Shown: positions 41,620 to 52,489, counted from the first letter of the stretch. The stretch: DNA of 64,000 bases from an uncultured Thermoproteaceae archaeon (GCA_964575955.1 CAZNTG010000006.1:416001-480000), one strand, 5' to 3'. A program made the numbers and translations. Notes: generated by a model not told the origin, from the sequence alone.

Positions 41620-42300
41620 ATGCTAATTCAAGAAATATATGAAGAGATAAAACATTATAGAAAGATAATAAAGGATAGAATAGAGAGTAATATTATAAAA
41701 AACACATCAGAACCATTAAAATCATTTATAGAAGCATTAATAAATAGAGATATAGTACATCCACTACCTGAAAATAGATTAGCAGGACTTATAACATTAT
41801 TTAGAATATTATCATTACCAAACAATTATAGAATAGTTAGAACATATATACAGGATAGATTAGAATCACTATATCTAACACACATATTAGAATATGTTGG
41901 TTTAAGAGAATGTTATTCAATAATTTTAAACAAGAGTAGGATTTTAATATCAATACCTGAGATATGTTTAATGAGTATAGATACATACTGTATGCGGAAA
42001 ATAGATAAAATACTTGGAGAATTATGTACAAAGACTAGCAAGATACTAGACTATGATTTAGAGATATGTGATGACTATACTTCTATAAGAATAATGTTTC
42101 AGGGATATGTAAGAGATATGTATTGTAAACCTTGTAGATTTATAGATATAACTGTTAAAGGTCTACATGATAGTAGTATTATATCTTTAAGATTTCTAGA
42201 TGATATAGGGTCTAGAGTTAGGTATGTGATGTCTAGCTTATCTACAAGTTCAGAAACTAGGTCTGGATTATTGTATTATCAGATAGTTCAACTATCTTGA
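41620..42300 (+). CDS. Hypothetical protein
   Basis: 226 aa ORF directly after rps7. Confidence 0.65.
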   Translation: MLIQEIYEEIKHYRKIIKDRIESNIIKNTSEPLKSFIEALINRDIVHPLPENRLAGLITLFRILSLPNNYRIVRTYIQDRLESLYLTHILEYVGLRECYSIILNKSRILISIPEICLMSIDTYCMRKIDKILGELCTKTSKILDYDLEICDDYTSIRIMFQGYVRDMYCKPCRFIDITVKGLHDSSIISLRFLDDIGSRVRYVMSSLSTSSETRSGLLYYQIVQLS

Positions 42301-42314
42301 ATAATCTACATTTA

Positions 42315-43049
42315 TCATATTAATTTAACTTTCTTACTAATTTTGAAGTTTTCTAACTTGATTATGTGTATGTAATCGTTATCTATCATTACGACACCTC
42401 TACTCTCTTCTGATGGTTTTATAATTTCACTAATAGGACCACAACCACCTATCTTTGCTATTTCTGCTAGATATCCAACATGTACTATCCTATACTTCTC
42501 ATCTATGTAGAGTAGATTTGTATGTCCTATAAACCACCATGCGTCTCTAGGTAGGATACTTCTCAATCCAGCTATCTCTTCCTTCCTTCTAGCTCTTCTA
42601 GCTGCCTCTATTAGAACTTGCTCATCTGAGTATTCAGGATTTAGACTTTCTGGTATTGCAATATTTATCTGTACATGTCCATGACTAAATACTAATTTTC
42701 TACCATGTATAGACTCTACATGATATGCACATAGCTTAACCATGTGTCTTCTAGTTGAGAATAATCTTGAATATGCTTCAGACCACTCTAATAATACTCC
42801 ATCTCTATCACCAACAACATACACTATCTCTCTACATCCAAGTCTTAAGATTCTATTAAAAAACTTATGACTATCCTTCTCTAAACTATCTATAAATTGT
42901 CTTGTCGGTCTTCTAGGGAAATCTATGAAATCTCCAAGTATTACAAGTTTTGAAAATTTAAAATTTTCTAAAATTCTTAAAAGTTCTAAAAATGATATTC
43001 CTGTAGGTATATAACAGTTAGATATTATTAATATATCCCCACTAATCAC
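42315..43049 (-). CDS. Calcineurin-like metallophosphoesterase, divergent motifs
   Basis: LGDFID, VGDRD, SHGH, GHT; first DxH and GNHD motifs altered. Confidence 0.7.
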   Translation of the reverse strand: MISGDILIISNCYIPTGISFLELLRILENFKFSKLVILGDFIDFPRRPTRQFIDSLEKDSHKFFNRILRLGCREIVYVVGDRDGVLLEWSEAYSRLFSTRRHMVKLCAYHVESIHGRKLVFSHGHVQINIAIPESLNPEYSDEQVLIEAARRARRKEEIAGLRSILPRDAWWFIGHTNLLYIDEKYRIVHVGYLAEIAKIGGCGPISEIIKPSEESRGVVMIDNDYIHIIKLENFKISKKVKLI

Positions 43050-43086
43050 TAGACTAGTAGTACACTTCTAGAATAAGTCAGTTTCG

Positions 43087-43138
43087 ATGATGAAGGCAGG
43101 GCTTAGCAGATATGTGAAGAAGCCTTGACGGGGACTGA
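43087..43138 (+). ncRNA. C/D box sRNA
   Basis: ATGATGA-AGGCAGGGCTTAG-CAGA-TAT-GTGAAGA-AGCCTTGACGGGGA-CTGA. Confidence 0.85.
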
Positions 43139-43142
43139 TATT

Positions 43143-43266
43143 TGGAGCCCCGGCCGGGATTTGAACCCGGGACCTGCCGCTATCGTGGACCCCGAGGGGC
43201 TCTTACCCACTGTACCCCTCGGGGCCTTACAAGGCGGCCGCTCTGACCGGGCTGAGCTACCGGGGC
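43143..43266 (-). tRNA. tRNA-Thr(TGT) with 46-nt intron (43182-43227) at 37/38, CCA encoded
   Basis: Removing the intron gives a 78-nt cloverleaf with GCCGC-CTTGTAA-GCGGC; intron stem GGCCCCGAGGGG/CCCCTCGGGGTC and a bulge-helix-bulge-like junction. Confidence 0.95.
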
Positions 43267-43392
43267 TTTCTTGTAGTCGTTATTTTGTGTGGGGTTTTTA
43301 ATTCTTTCTTCAGTTACTAAAAATACTAACTCTTTGTAGAGTCTTGGTGTCTCTATTGCCTTGAGGATACACTATTTAGAGGTACTTAGAAT

Positions 43393-44356
43393 ATGAGTAG
43401 TTCGAGATCTATGGCAGGTGAGAAAGGTGTCTATGGATTTATTGGTATCTCACTAGCTATGATGTCTATAGTGATAATACTTGCTGCTTTAGGAACATAT
43501 TTTTAAGCTACCAGCAACATTTTGGTCTATAAGTCTATTCTTTCTGACGTTTGCTATTGGAATACTAGCACCTGTTGGTGGTGTAATTTTCGTACCAGTA
43601 GTATCAGCATTCTACCCATTTAGCATAACTTTCGTTAGAGGTGCTGGTCTAGTTATGGCTCAGGTTAATGCACTAGTGTCAGTACCAAAATTTTTACGTG
43701 TAGGACTTGCATCTCTACGCATAGGTCTATTAGCAGCAGTTGTTGCTGCTGGTGCAGCAATTGCAGGAGCTAAGATGGGTATATGGGTTGTTAAGGCTTT
43801 TCCAAAAGGAAAATACTACATATATGTAGTACTCGGTGCATTACTATTCTTCATATTTGCAATAATGGTAGCATCTAAAAGAGTAGAATTTCCAGAGGCT
43901 AAAGAAATGAATTCACTAGCAGAGATGTTTAATTTAACAGGAGCATACTACGAACCCGCACTTGGAAGAGTTATAGAGTATAAAGTTACTAGAGTACCTC
44001 TAGCACTTGCAGCATTTGCAGGTGTTGGATTTATAGCTGGAATGTTTGGACTAGGAGCAGGTTGGGCAAATGTTCCAGTACTAAACCTGATTATGGGAGC
44101 TCCAATAAAAGTATCAACATCGACAAGCATGTTAATAATAGCATTAACAACACCAGCAGCATGTGTATATCTTGTAGATTGTGCAATACTACCACTAATA
44201 ATGATACCTGCAGTAGTAGGAATGTTCTTTGGATCAAGACTTGGAGCATGGTTAAGTACTATACGTATTCAACATAGTACCACCATTCGTACCAATGAAC
44301 GTAATGGAGTCACTATGGCATCTAAAACCATCAGTATTCTGGCAGAAAATTTCTGA
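43393..44356 (+). pseudogene. Disrupted TauE/SafE (TSUP) family transporter
   Basis: GGVIFVP and GMFGLGAGWANVP motifs; frameshift at the T5 run 43500-43504; C-terminus runs into a different frame at about 44255. Confidence 0.75.
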
Positions 44357-44579
44357 AAAACTACACCTAACACTTAAATTAGGTAAGTATTGGTGGATAT
44401 TTGATAATATTAATCACTCTGACATGATAGCTATGGTTGGTGTATTGATATTCATAATTGGCGTAATTGCAACTATAGTTGGAATATGTGCAGCATATGC
44501 AAAACATGATAGAAAGACGCTGATAATATCGATAATATTGTTAATAATAACACTATACGCAGTATTGGAGTATATATAA
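44256..44579 (+). pseudogene. 5'-truncated DUF1634-like TSUP partner membrane protein
   Basis: Frame reads VLYVFNIVPPFVPMNVMESLWHLKPSVFW...WW...DM, beginning abruptly inside the TauE remnant. Confidence 0.6.
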
Positions 44580-44734
44580 GTTCTACAAAGTTCATAATTA
44601 ATCAAATACAGCCTTTCTACAATCTTAAATCTATACTAGACTTTTCATTAACATTCTCTCAGTTCTAACCATTTAAACAGTTCTTTAAATGGATAGTACT
44701 CTTTTTAAGCTTAGCACATTCTTGAAGTCTTGAG

Positions 44735-46201
44735 ATGAGTAATACAAATGATGTAGAATTTTCTCGTAGAGATTTTCTTAAGCTTGCCATTTCAACAGGC
44801 GCTGCAATTGGTATAGCTGTTACATGTTTTGGAGCTGGTATCGGTACAGGATATGCAATATCTCAAGCATTGTCTAAAGCTGTTAAAGTATCTCCAAAAG
44901 TTAAGACTGTAATAAAGTATCAAGTACCTAAGATTAGAGTAGGCTTCATATATATTGGACCTATAGGTGACTATGGTTGGACATTTGCACATGAGAGAGG
45001 TAGAGAGTACGTGTCTAGATATCTAGGACCAATATTGAAGGAGTGGAAAGGTAAGCCACAGCCAATATATATTGAGAAGGTATTTCCTGAATCTAGAGTT
45101 ATTGAAGCTATCAAAACACTTGTAGAAGAGGAAGGATGTAATCTCATATTTACAACAAGTTTTGGATATATGAGATATACTTGGGAGATGGCTAAAAAGT
45201 ATCCTGATGTACTTTTTGGACATTGTTCAGGATATTTAACACCAGAAACACCATTAAACGTTGTTGAATATTTCATAGATGAATATCCAGCATACTACCT
45301 ATGTGGTATTGTTGGTGGAGCAATGACTAAAACTAACAAGGTAGGTTATGTACCTGCATTCTTAACACCAGAAATTATTAGACATATAAATGCATTTACG
45401 ATAGGTGTTAAAGAAGGTGCAGCACTTGTAGGTAAAGATCCTGATAGTGTTGAAGTGATAGTAGCACCACCATTAGGAAGATGGTACTATCCTGAGAAGG
45501 CTAGAGAAGAAGCAGAAGCATTAATAGCAGAGGGATGTGACGTACTTGCATATACAGAAGATTCTCCAACAGTTCTAGAAGTTGCAGAAAGCTATCAGAA
45601 GAAGGGTATGAAGATTTGGAGCTTTAGTCATTATAGCGATATGCATGTATATGGTCCACATGCATGTCTAACAGGACAATTAGTAAATTGGGGACCAATG
45701 TATGAAGAACTTGTAATTAGAGCTTACATGGTATACCTAATGCATAAATATTGTGAAACACCACTTGAAGAAGCTTTAAAAATATGGACACAATGGCCAC
45801 CTGAAAGACCAAGAGATTACTGGTGGACAATGCATAGATCACACTATGTACCACTAACATTAAAAGATGCTTTCGTACCTGTTAAAGAAACTCCATATGG
45901 AACAATATATGAACCTATAAATGTTGTAGATATATGGTTAATAAATCCTGCAGTTCCTGAAAATGTGAAGAACTACGTTCTCTATAAGAGAAAGCTAATC
46001 ATGGAGAATATAGTAGACCCATTTGGACCACCAATATCAATAATTAAGAATGGAAAGATTGAGAAGATAGTTATGAAAGAGATTATAGATGTAGAAAGTA
46101 AGGTGAGGGTTGAACCTGGAATGAGGTTAAGTAAAGATGAGCTATATAGCATGAAGTGGTTTGTTAAAGGTGTTGTACTTCCAAAAGGTGTATCAGTTTA
46201 A
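44735..46201 (+). CDS. BMP-family ABC substrate-binding protein with Tat signal
   Basis: SRRDFLK twin-arginine motif, GPIGDYGWTFAH, TTSFGY, RHINAF. Confidence 0.9.
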   Translation: MSNTNDVEFSRRDFLKLAISTGAAIGIAVTCFGAGIGTGYAISQALSKAVKVSPKVKTVIKYQVPKIRVGFIYIGPIGDYGWTFAHERGREYVSRYLGPILKEWKGKPQPIYIEKVFPESRVIEAIKTLVEEEGCNLIFTTSFGYMRYTWEMAKKYPDVLFGHCSGYLTPETPLNVVEYFIDEYPAYYLCGIVGGAMTKTNKVGYVPAFLTPEIIRHINAFTIGVKEGAALVGKDPDSVEVIVAPPLGRWYYPEKAREEAEALIAEGCDVLAYTEDSPTVLEVAESYQKKGMKIWSFSHYSDMHVYGPHACLTGQLVNWGPMYEELVIRAYMVYLMHKYCETPLEEALKIWTQWPPERPRDYWWTMHRSHYVPLTLKDAFVPVKETPYGTIYEPINVVDIWLINPAVPENVKNYVLYKRKLIMENIVDPFGPPISIIKNGKIEKIVMKEIIDVESKVRVEPGMRLSKDELYSMKWFVKGVVLPKGVSV

Positions 46202-46207
46202 GAAAAT

Positions 46208-47701
46208 ATGAAGAATGCATTAAAACTTGTAGGTATAGTAAAGAAATTTCCACACGTAACAGCACTAGATAATGTAGATTTTGAACTCAACTATGGAGAG
46301 ATTCATGCACTACTAGGTGAAAATGGTGCAGGAAAAACGACATTAGTAAACATAATATCTGGAGTATACATACCCGATGAAGGAGAGATATATCTAGAGG
46401 GTAGAAGAGTAATTATAAGATCTCCAAAAGATGCCCAAAAACTTGGAATTGTATCAGTATCACAACATCCAGTACTTATAGACTCATTAACAGTTTTAGA
46501 AAATATAGCATTAGCACTTGGTAAAAATCCTCATGATAAAAAGTTTCAAGAAAATATTAGGAGGGTAGTGAATGAGTTTAATATTAAGATTAATCTAGAT
46601 GCAAAGATATGGCAACTATCAGCTACTGAGAAAGCTAGAGTAGAGATAGTTAAGGCACTTATGAAAAATGGAAAAATATACATATTCGATGAACCGACAT
46701 CTCTAGTAGGATTGAAAGATAGAGACAACATCATGAATATAATGAAAAAATTGAGAGATGAAGGAAAGGCAGTACTATTCATAACACATAAAGTTGATGA
46801 AGTATTTGAAATAGCTGATAGAGTTACAGTACTTAGAAAAGGTAAGAAAGTATTAACTAAAGATGTCAAAGAAATTACTAAAGATGAATTGATAATTGCA
46901 ATGTTTGGAAGATATAGTGAAGATTTAGAATATTCAAAATGTAGAAGATATAGTAATGGACTTACACCAATATTAAAGGTAGATAATATCAAAGTTAAAG
47001 ATGATCTTGGAAAGATAGCTGTAGATGATGTAAGTCTAGAAGTTTATCAAGGAGAGATAGTAGGTATTGCAGGTCCTGTAGGTTCTGGACAGAGAGAACT
47101 TCTAGAAGCAATTGCAGGTATTAGAAAGGTAGTGTCAGGTAAAGTATACATGTTTAATATAGATGTCACAAATAGAGATTCAAAATTTATTAGAAAACTC
47201 GGAGTAGCATATATACCAGATGATAGACTTAGTATAGGTTCTGCATTATCACTCACAGTTCGTGATAATTTAATTATGAGAGATTTAGACATATATACAA
47301 ATAGAATTGGCATATATGTTAAGAGTAGGTTCAGAAATCTTGAACATATCTTAAGCAAGGTTGGACTAAGTAAAGAACTTCTTGAAGTACCTTGTGCAGA
47401 CTTGTCAGGTGGTATGATTCAGAGAGTTATACTCGCTAGAGAACTTCTAAATAGAGATATTAGACTTATAATAGCATCATACCCAACTAGCGGTCTTGAT
47501 CATGAAACTACAAAGCTTATTCATGACATGTTTATGAAGTTTAGAGATAGAGGATGTGGAGTAATTATCGCATCTGAAGATATTGAAGAACTATTGAGAT
47601 TATGTGATAGAATCTTAGTAATGATTAATGGTAAGATAGTTTATGAATCTAGAGTAGATAGTTTAGACATTGAAAAACTTAGAGAATTATTATCAACATA
47701 G
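46208..47701 (+). CDS. Sugar/nucleoside ABC transporter ATPase (two domains)
   Basis: GENGAGKT, FDEPT, ITH, LSGG. Confidence 0.93.
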   Translation: MKNALKLVGIVKKFPHVTALDNVDFELNYGEIHALLGENGAGKTTLVNIISGVYIPDEGEIYLEGRRVIIRSPKDAQKLGIVSVSQHPVLIDSLTVLENIALALGKNPHDKKFQENIRRVVNEFNIKINLDAKIWQLSATEKARVEIVKALMKNGKIYIFDEPTSLVGLKDRDNIMNIMKKLRDEGKAVLFITHKVDEVFEIADRVTVLRKGKKVLTKDVKEITKDELIIAMFGRYSEDLEYSKCRRYSNGLTPILKVDNIKVKDDLGKIAVDDVSLEVYQGEIVGIAGPVGSGQRELLEAIAGIRKVVSGKVYMFNIDVTNRDSKFIRKLGVAYIPDDRLSIGSALSLTVRDNLIMRDLDIYTNRIGIYVKSRFRNLEHILSKVGLSKELLEVPCADLSGGMIQRVILARELLNRDIRLIIASYPTSGLDHETTKLIHDMFMKFRDRGCGVIIASEDIEELLRLCDRILVMINGKIVYESRVDSLDIEKLRELLST

Positions 47702-47709
47702 TTGAGAAG

Positions 47710-48801
47710 ATGAAAATTTTAAACTATAAAATTGATATTGTAGTTAGAAGACGTGAAAAAATTTCAAAATCTAGAAAAGCACTATATACAGCATTGTCAC
47801 TATTAATAGCATTCCTACTTGCTGCACCGATAACATACTTCCTAGGTGTTAATCCAATACTATTCTATAAGTATCTAATAATTGGATCATTCTCACCATA
47901 TTCAATATCTTCAACTATTGTAAATTTAATACCTGTAGCATTATGTTGTTTAAGTGCGATATTCTCATTTAGAGCAGGATTGTGGAATATCGGTCAAGAT
48001 GGTCAATATGTTCTAGGTGCAATAATGCTACTTTGGATATCTTCTCTCATACCAAATGTTCCAAAACCAATAGCTTACACACTTGTAGTTATTATTGGTG
48101 GAATTGCTGGAGGATTGTGGTGTCTTATTTGTGGTGTTCTTAGAGCATTTACGGAAGCTAATGAGGCTGTTACAACATTGATGATGTTGTACATAGCTAC
48201 AAACATACTGAACTACCTATGCTATGGTCCTTGGAGAAGTAAGGTTGGATTTCCTGAGACATTTCCACTACCTCAAAATTATCAACTTCCCAATATTGGA
48301 CCTATAACATCTGCAGTAATAATATTAGCAATATTGACTATTATTGCATGGTTCATACTTGAGAAGACTAGACTAGGATTAGAGATGTCTCTACTTGCTG
48401 AAGGTACTAGAGTTGGAGATTATGCAGGTATTAGATATAGAAGATTGATATGTACTGTAATGTTCATAAGTGGAATGTATGCAGGTATTGCAGGTTCACT
48501 ATACCTATCATACTATGCTAAGTTTCTACAACCAGGATTTGTAGCATTTTATGGATTTTCTGGAATCATAGCTGCATGGCTTTGCGAACTTAGAGTTGAA
48601 TATTCAATACTTGCATCACTACTCCTAGCAGCAATATATGCAAGTAGCTATACTATGCAGGCAGCATTAAACATACCTTCATACATGGTTGATACACTTG
48701 AAGGACTTCTACTTACATGTATATTATTGACATACTTCTTTACTAGGTATAGTGTTAAAATAAGACTTATTAAAGTTGATAGGGTTGAGAAGAAGAAATG
48801 A
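47710..48801 (+). CDS. Nucleoside-type ABC permease
   Basis: WNIGQDGQ, NEAVTTLM, YGFSGIIAA. Confidence 0.9.
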   Translation: MKILNYKIDIVVRRREKISKSRKALYTALSLLIAFLLAAPITYFLGVNPILFYKYLIIGSFSPYSISSTIVNLIPVALCCLSAIFSFRAGLWNIGQDGQYVLGAIMLLWISSLIPNVPKPIAYTLVVIIGGIAGGLWCLICGVLRAFTEANEAVTTLMMLYIATNILNYLCYGPWRSKVGFPETFPLPQNYQLPNIGPITSAVIILAILTIIAWFILEKTRLGLEMSLLAEGTRVGDYAGIRYRRLICTVMFISGMYAGIAGSLYLSYYAKFLQPGFVAFYGFSGIIAAWLCELRVEYSILASLLLAAIYASSYTMQAALNIPSYMVDTLEGLLLTCILLTYFFTRYSVKIRLIKVDRVEKKK

Positions 48802-49712
48802 ATATTTCAATAATAGTTTCAGATATATTAGAGAGATCTACAGTATATCTACTAGCAACTGAAGGATCGCTAATAGTTCAGAGAGCTGGACTTCTAAATC
48901 TTGGAATTGAAGGATTTTTCGCAATTGCCGCACTCGTAGCATATGCAGTTGCTGTATATACTGGAAATGTAATCTATGCATTTATAGCAGCAACAATATC
49001 AGCAATAGCATTTAACATGATATTTACAGTATTGACGGTACATCTCAGATTAAATCACATAGTTTCAGGTTTAGCAGTGTCAATGTTAGGTATAGGTATT
49101 AGCTATACTCTAGGTATTGTCCTAGTTGGTGTTCCACTACCATCAACAATAACAATACCAACAATAAGTATATGTGGCGTATGTATAGATCCGCTAATCT
49201 TAACATCAATAATCGTAGCAGTATTGCTATGGTACATGTTGTATAGAACTAGGATTGGGTATGAAATTAGGATTGTAGGTGAAAATCCACATGCAGCAGA
49301 TCTACTTGGAATATCTATAAATAAGGTTAGGTATGTAGCAACATTAATTGAAGGCTTTTTAGTAGGTCTTGGAGCTGCATACTACTCACTAGAGGTAATA
49401 CCTGTATGGTCAACAGGTGTTACACTTGGAAAGGGTTGGCTAGCTATTGCATTAGCAATGTTTAGTCTATGGCATCCAATATATGCCATTGTTGGAGCAT
49501 ACTTAATAGCATGTTCAGACACACTAGCAACAATCCTTCCAAGACTTGGAATACCTGTATCACCATACCTACTCTACACATTACCATACGCATTAACTAT
49601 TGGAGTATTAGCAGTAGTATCGTATATCGAGATTAGAAAGAAGAAGCTTGGAATACCTACAGCACTTGCTAAAGTATATTCAAGAGAGGAGAAGGCTAGA
49701 AAATATACCTAA
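48798..49712 (+). CDS. Nucleoside-type ABC permease
   Basis: LNLGIEG, VGENPHAA, GKGWLAIA, LPY. Confidence 0.9.
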   Translation: MNISIIVSDILERSTVYLLATEGSLIVQRAGLLNLGIEGFFAIAALVAYAVAVYTGNVIYAFIAATISAIAFNMIFTVLTVHLRLNHIVSGLAVSMLGIGISYTLGIVLVGVPLPSTITIPTISICGVCIDPLILTSIIVAVLLWYMLYRTRIGYEIRIVGENPHAADLLGISINKVRYVATLIEGFLVGLGAAYYSLEVIPVWSTGVTLGKGWLAIALAMFSLWHPIYAIVGAYLIACSDTLATILPRLGIPVSPYLLYTLPYALTIGVLAVVSYIEIRKKKLGIPTALAKVYSREEKARKYT

Positions 49713-49715
49713 ATT

Positions 49716-50270
49716 TTACTCAACCTTAATATCGACACCCTTCCTCTTCTTCTCCCTCTTCTCAAGCTCTATTGTTAAGACACCATTTCTATATGTTGCC
49801 TTTGCTTTTGTTGGATCTACAGGTGCTGGTAGGTCAATCTCCTTATAGTATTTCCTATCCTCTCCCTTAGCTGATACTGTAAGCTTTGTACCATCTTCAC
49901 TAACAGTTACCTTAATATCCTCCTTATTTACTCCAGGCATATCCATTATCACCTTAATCTTATCATCTTCCTCAATAACATCTGTTAGAGGTTCAATATC
50001 TTCCTGAACTTCTATTACAGGCTTACCAGCTGTTTCAATTCCTCTAGGTCTTATATTTCCAAATTCCCTAATCCTAGGCTTACCATCAGGACCTACAGTA
50101 ATTTCAAAACCATAATAATACACTCTAGGCTTACCCATAGCAAAGAACTTACCAGGTTCTCTACTCAACCTTTCAAGTCTTTCAAACTCTGCAAGCATCT
50201 CCTTCTCCATCTCTTCAAAGAACTTCATCATACGTTTCATCCATCTCTCAAAGTCCTCCATGAAGCTCAT
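49716..50270 (-). CDS. hsp20: Archaeal small heat shock protein Hsp20
   Basis: YGFEITVGPDGKP, EPLTDV, DMPGV, YRNGVL, terminal IKVE. Confidence 0.95.
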   Translation of the reverse strand: MSFMEDFERWMKRMMKFFEEMEKEMLAEFERLERLSREPGKFFAMGKPRVYYYGFEITVGPDGKPRIREFGNIRPRGIETAGKPVIEVQEDIEPLTDVIEEDDKIKVIMDMPGVNKEDIKVTVSEDGTKLTVSAKGEDRKYYKEIDLPAPVDPTKAKATYRNGVLTIELEKREKKRKGVDIKVE

Positions 50271-50383
50271 ACAACTAGATAACTTCTTAAAGAGTTAATA
50301 AACCATTGGTCATAGACTACCAATATTCAATACATCAACACAGTAGACTTGAAGTCAAATTATTGATGTTACAGCACTAGAAA

Positions 50384-51184
50384 CTATATTTCAAAAACCC
50401 TCTCTAACTCACTACACAGTCTCGACTTATCTATACACATCTTAAGTATCTCACGTATTCCTCTGAATTTATCCATTAATGATCCACCTAGTAGAAATAG
50501 AGAACCTTTAACTGCTAATGTATCAGTAACACCTTTACTTTTAAAATTATTAATTAGTTGCAATATCTTTGATAGATCCTCTGATGTACTATATTTTTCA
50601 CACTCTTTAATTAATCTTAGTATTAATTCCTCAGCTGTGTTGTAATAAGAGAGTATATTTATACGAAGTGTAAAGTTACTAAATATGATGTCAATATATT
50701 GTTTTCGAATTGGGATTATATCGAACTTGCACTCTTTTACTGTTAGCACTAGCCTCAGAGATTTCCTACTACATAAATCTTCAATTTTATGTTGTAGATT
50801 ATCTAGACAATCATAATCGATTAAAACCGAAATTTGCCGTACAGACTCTACAGAGAATTTCTGAAGTTCTTTAATAACTTCAGATCTTCCTAAAGGAATA
50901 TATTGAATAACTATTGGCTTTGTGCCGTGATTGATCGTTGAATAAATTATGTGTTTGAGGAAATCTATAACACCTCCACACCCTCCACATGGTATAATCC
51001 ACACATCGTAATCATGCTTGTTGGAAATCTTCCCTCTACATATATAATCAACAATTCTTCCACCTATGTAATGCCCACCTAACACTTCAACGTTTTTTAA
51101 TATACCACATAAGTGTTCCATCATTAATCTCAACAATAAGCAGTCTCGCAATCCTTCAGTGATGATAAACATTACCTTAACCAT
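50384..51184 (-). CDS. Putative TOPRIM-fold nuclease (DUF3226/OLD-like)
   Basis: ITEGLRD, PCGG, LIDYD (DxD), TAEE; directly downstream of an ABC-type ATPase. Confidence 0.6.
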   Translation of the reverse strand: MVKVMFIITEGLRDCLLLRLMMEHLCGILKNVEVLGGHYIGGRIVDYICRGKISNKHDYDVWIIPCGGCGGVIDFLKHIIYSTINHGTKPIVIQYIPLGRSEVIKELQKFSVESVRQISVLIDYDCLDNLQHKIEDLCSRKSLRLVLTVKECKFDIIPIRKQYIDIIFSNFTLRINILSYYNTAEELILRLIKECEKYSTSEDLSKILQLINNFKSKGVTDTLAVKGSLFLLGGSLMDKFRGIREILKMCIDKSRLCSELERVFEI

Positions 51185-51199
51185 AAGTCTGTGGCAGAG

Positions 51200-52489
51200 C
51201 TACACTATGAGTCTTAGGTCATAACCAAGCTTTTCAATATTTAACTCGACTTCTTCACCTGTGTAGTTAGCGATTGAGGTCATTCCATTGCTAAGATCAC
51301 GCTTTAGTGCTATGAGGTTCAAGTTATCTATACCCTCCTCCTTCAGCTTAAGTACATTGATGAATTCTCTAATTAATTCTAAGCTATGTGTAGAAAGTAT
51401 GACTTGTACGCCTTTTTTCGCAAATTCTATAGTCATTTCACAGAATTTTCTAAGTAAACCTGGGTGTAACGTATTCTCAGGTTCTTCAATGAGGATTATA
51501 GAGGGTCTAAGTTTCTCTGCTACGGTATATGCCAGTAGTGCTGTGATAAAACTCTTGATGCCATATCCACATAGCTCTATATCGAGTGGTCTATCTACAC
51601 CTCTATACTTAACAAGACATCTTACACGTCTTATAGAGTCTCCTGGTACAAAATCTAAATCTTCAATATAATCTATATATGTGTTTATATACTCTTTTAA
51701 TTTACTACTTAAGCCTAGTTCTATAATTTTACGTAGAAGATTTTTAAATAACACTCTCCCTCTTTCAATTACATCTATGAGAATGCAGTTCAATAACTGT
51801 ATTTCTTCTTTTCTTCTCATTCCTACAGCGAAGGTAGCAATTCCATACGTGTGTGAAATTGAATAAGACATTCCGTAGAGATCTCTATTCACTAACGTAC
51901 ATAAATAAAGTCTATCATATCTATATCTTCCACCAACAATTTCAAGTCTTCTCTCTACCTCTTCCTCTACCTCTCTTGGAGTAGGTAGAACCTCCTCAGG
52001 ACGTATAAGTTGCAATACTTCAAAGCCCAATGTGCTAATTAGATTAAAGATCTTGCTTACTCCGGATAACTTTCTTTTAAATATAGCTGCCTCTTTCTTC
52101 AAATGATCAAGATATTTTCTAACATCTCTCTCCTCTATACCTAGCTCTTTACACTTTTTCAATAAAGCTAATCTCGATTTCGATAACAATGTACTTACAG
52201 TGTAAGTATGCTCATTAAGTTTAATCTCTAAATCTATCTCTGATAAGTTTGAATCTCTAAATAGCAAATTTGTGATAGAGCTATACTTACCGGCTAGAAT
52301 ACACAGTGTACATTGATCAGCTAGATCACGTAATCCTCGGAGACTAGAAGTTGATAGATATATAGCTTCAAGAATAGAACTCTTACCTGCATCATTTCTT
52401 CCAACAATTATAGATATTTTAGAGAAGGTTACTTCTGCAACCTCTCTTATACCTTTAAAATTTTTTATAGTAAGTTTTCTAACATACAT
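51200..52489 (-). CDS. AAA_15/AAA_21-type ABC ATPase
   Basis: IKNFKG, GRNDAGKS, LCGYG, IEEPENTLHP, STHS. Confidence 0.9.
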   Translation of the reverse strand: MYVRKLTIKNFKGIREVAEVTFSKISIIVGRNDAGKSSILEAIYLSTSSLRGLRDLADQCTLCILAGKYSSITNLLFRDSNLSEIDLEIKLNEHTYTVSTLLSKSRLALLKKCKELGIEERDVRKYLDHLKKEAAIFKRKLSGVSKIFNLISTLGFEVLQLIRPEEVLPTPREVEEEVERRLEIVGGRYRYDRLYLCTLVNRDLYGMSYSISHTYGIATFAVGMRRKEEIQLLNCILIDVIERGRVLFKNLLRKIIELGLSSKLKEYINTYIDYIEDLDFVPGDSIRRVRCLVKYRGVDRPLDIELCGYGIKSFITALLAYTVAEKLRPSIILIEEPENTLHPGLLRKFCEMTIEFAKKGVQVILSTHSLELIREFINVLKLKEEGIDNLNLIALKRDLSNGMTSIANYTGEEVELNIEKLGYDLRLIV

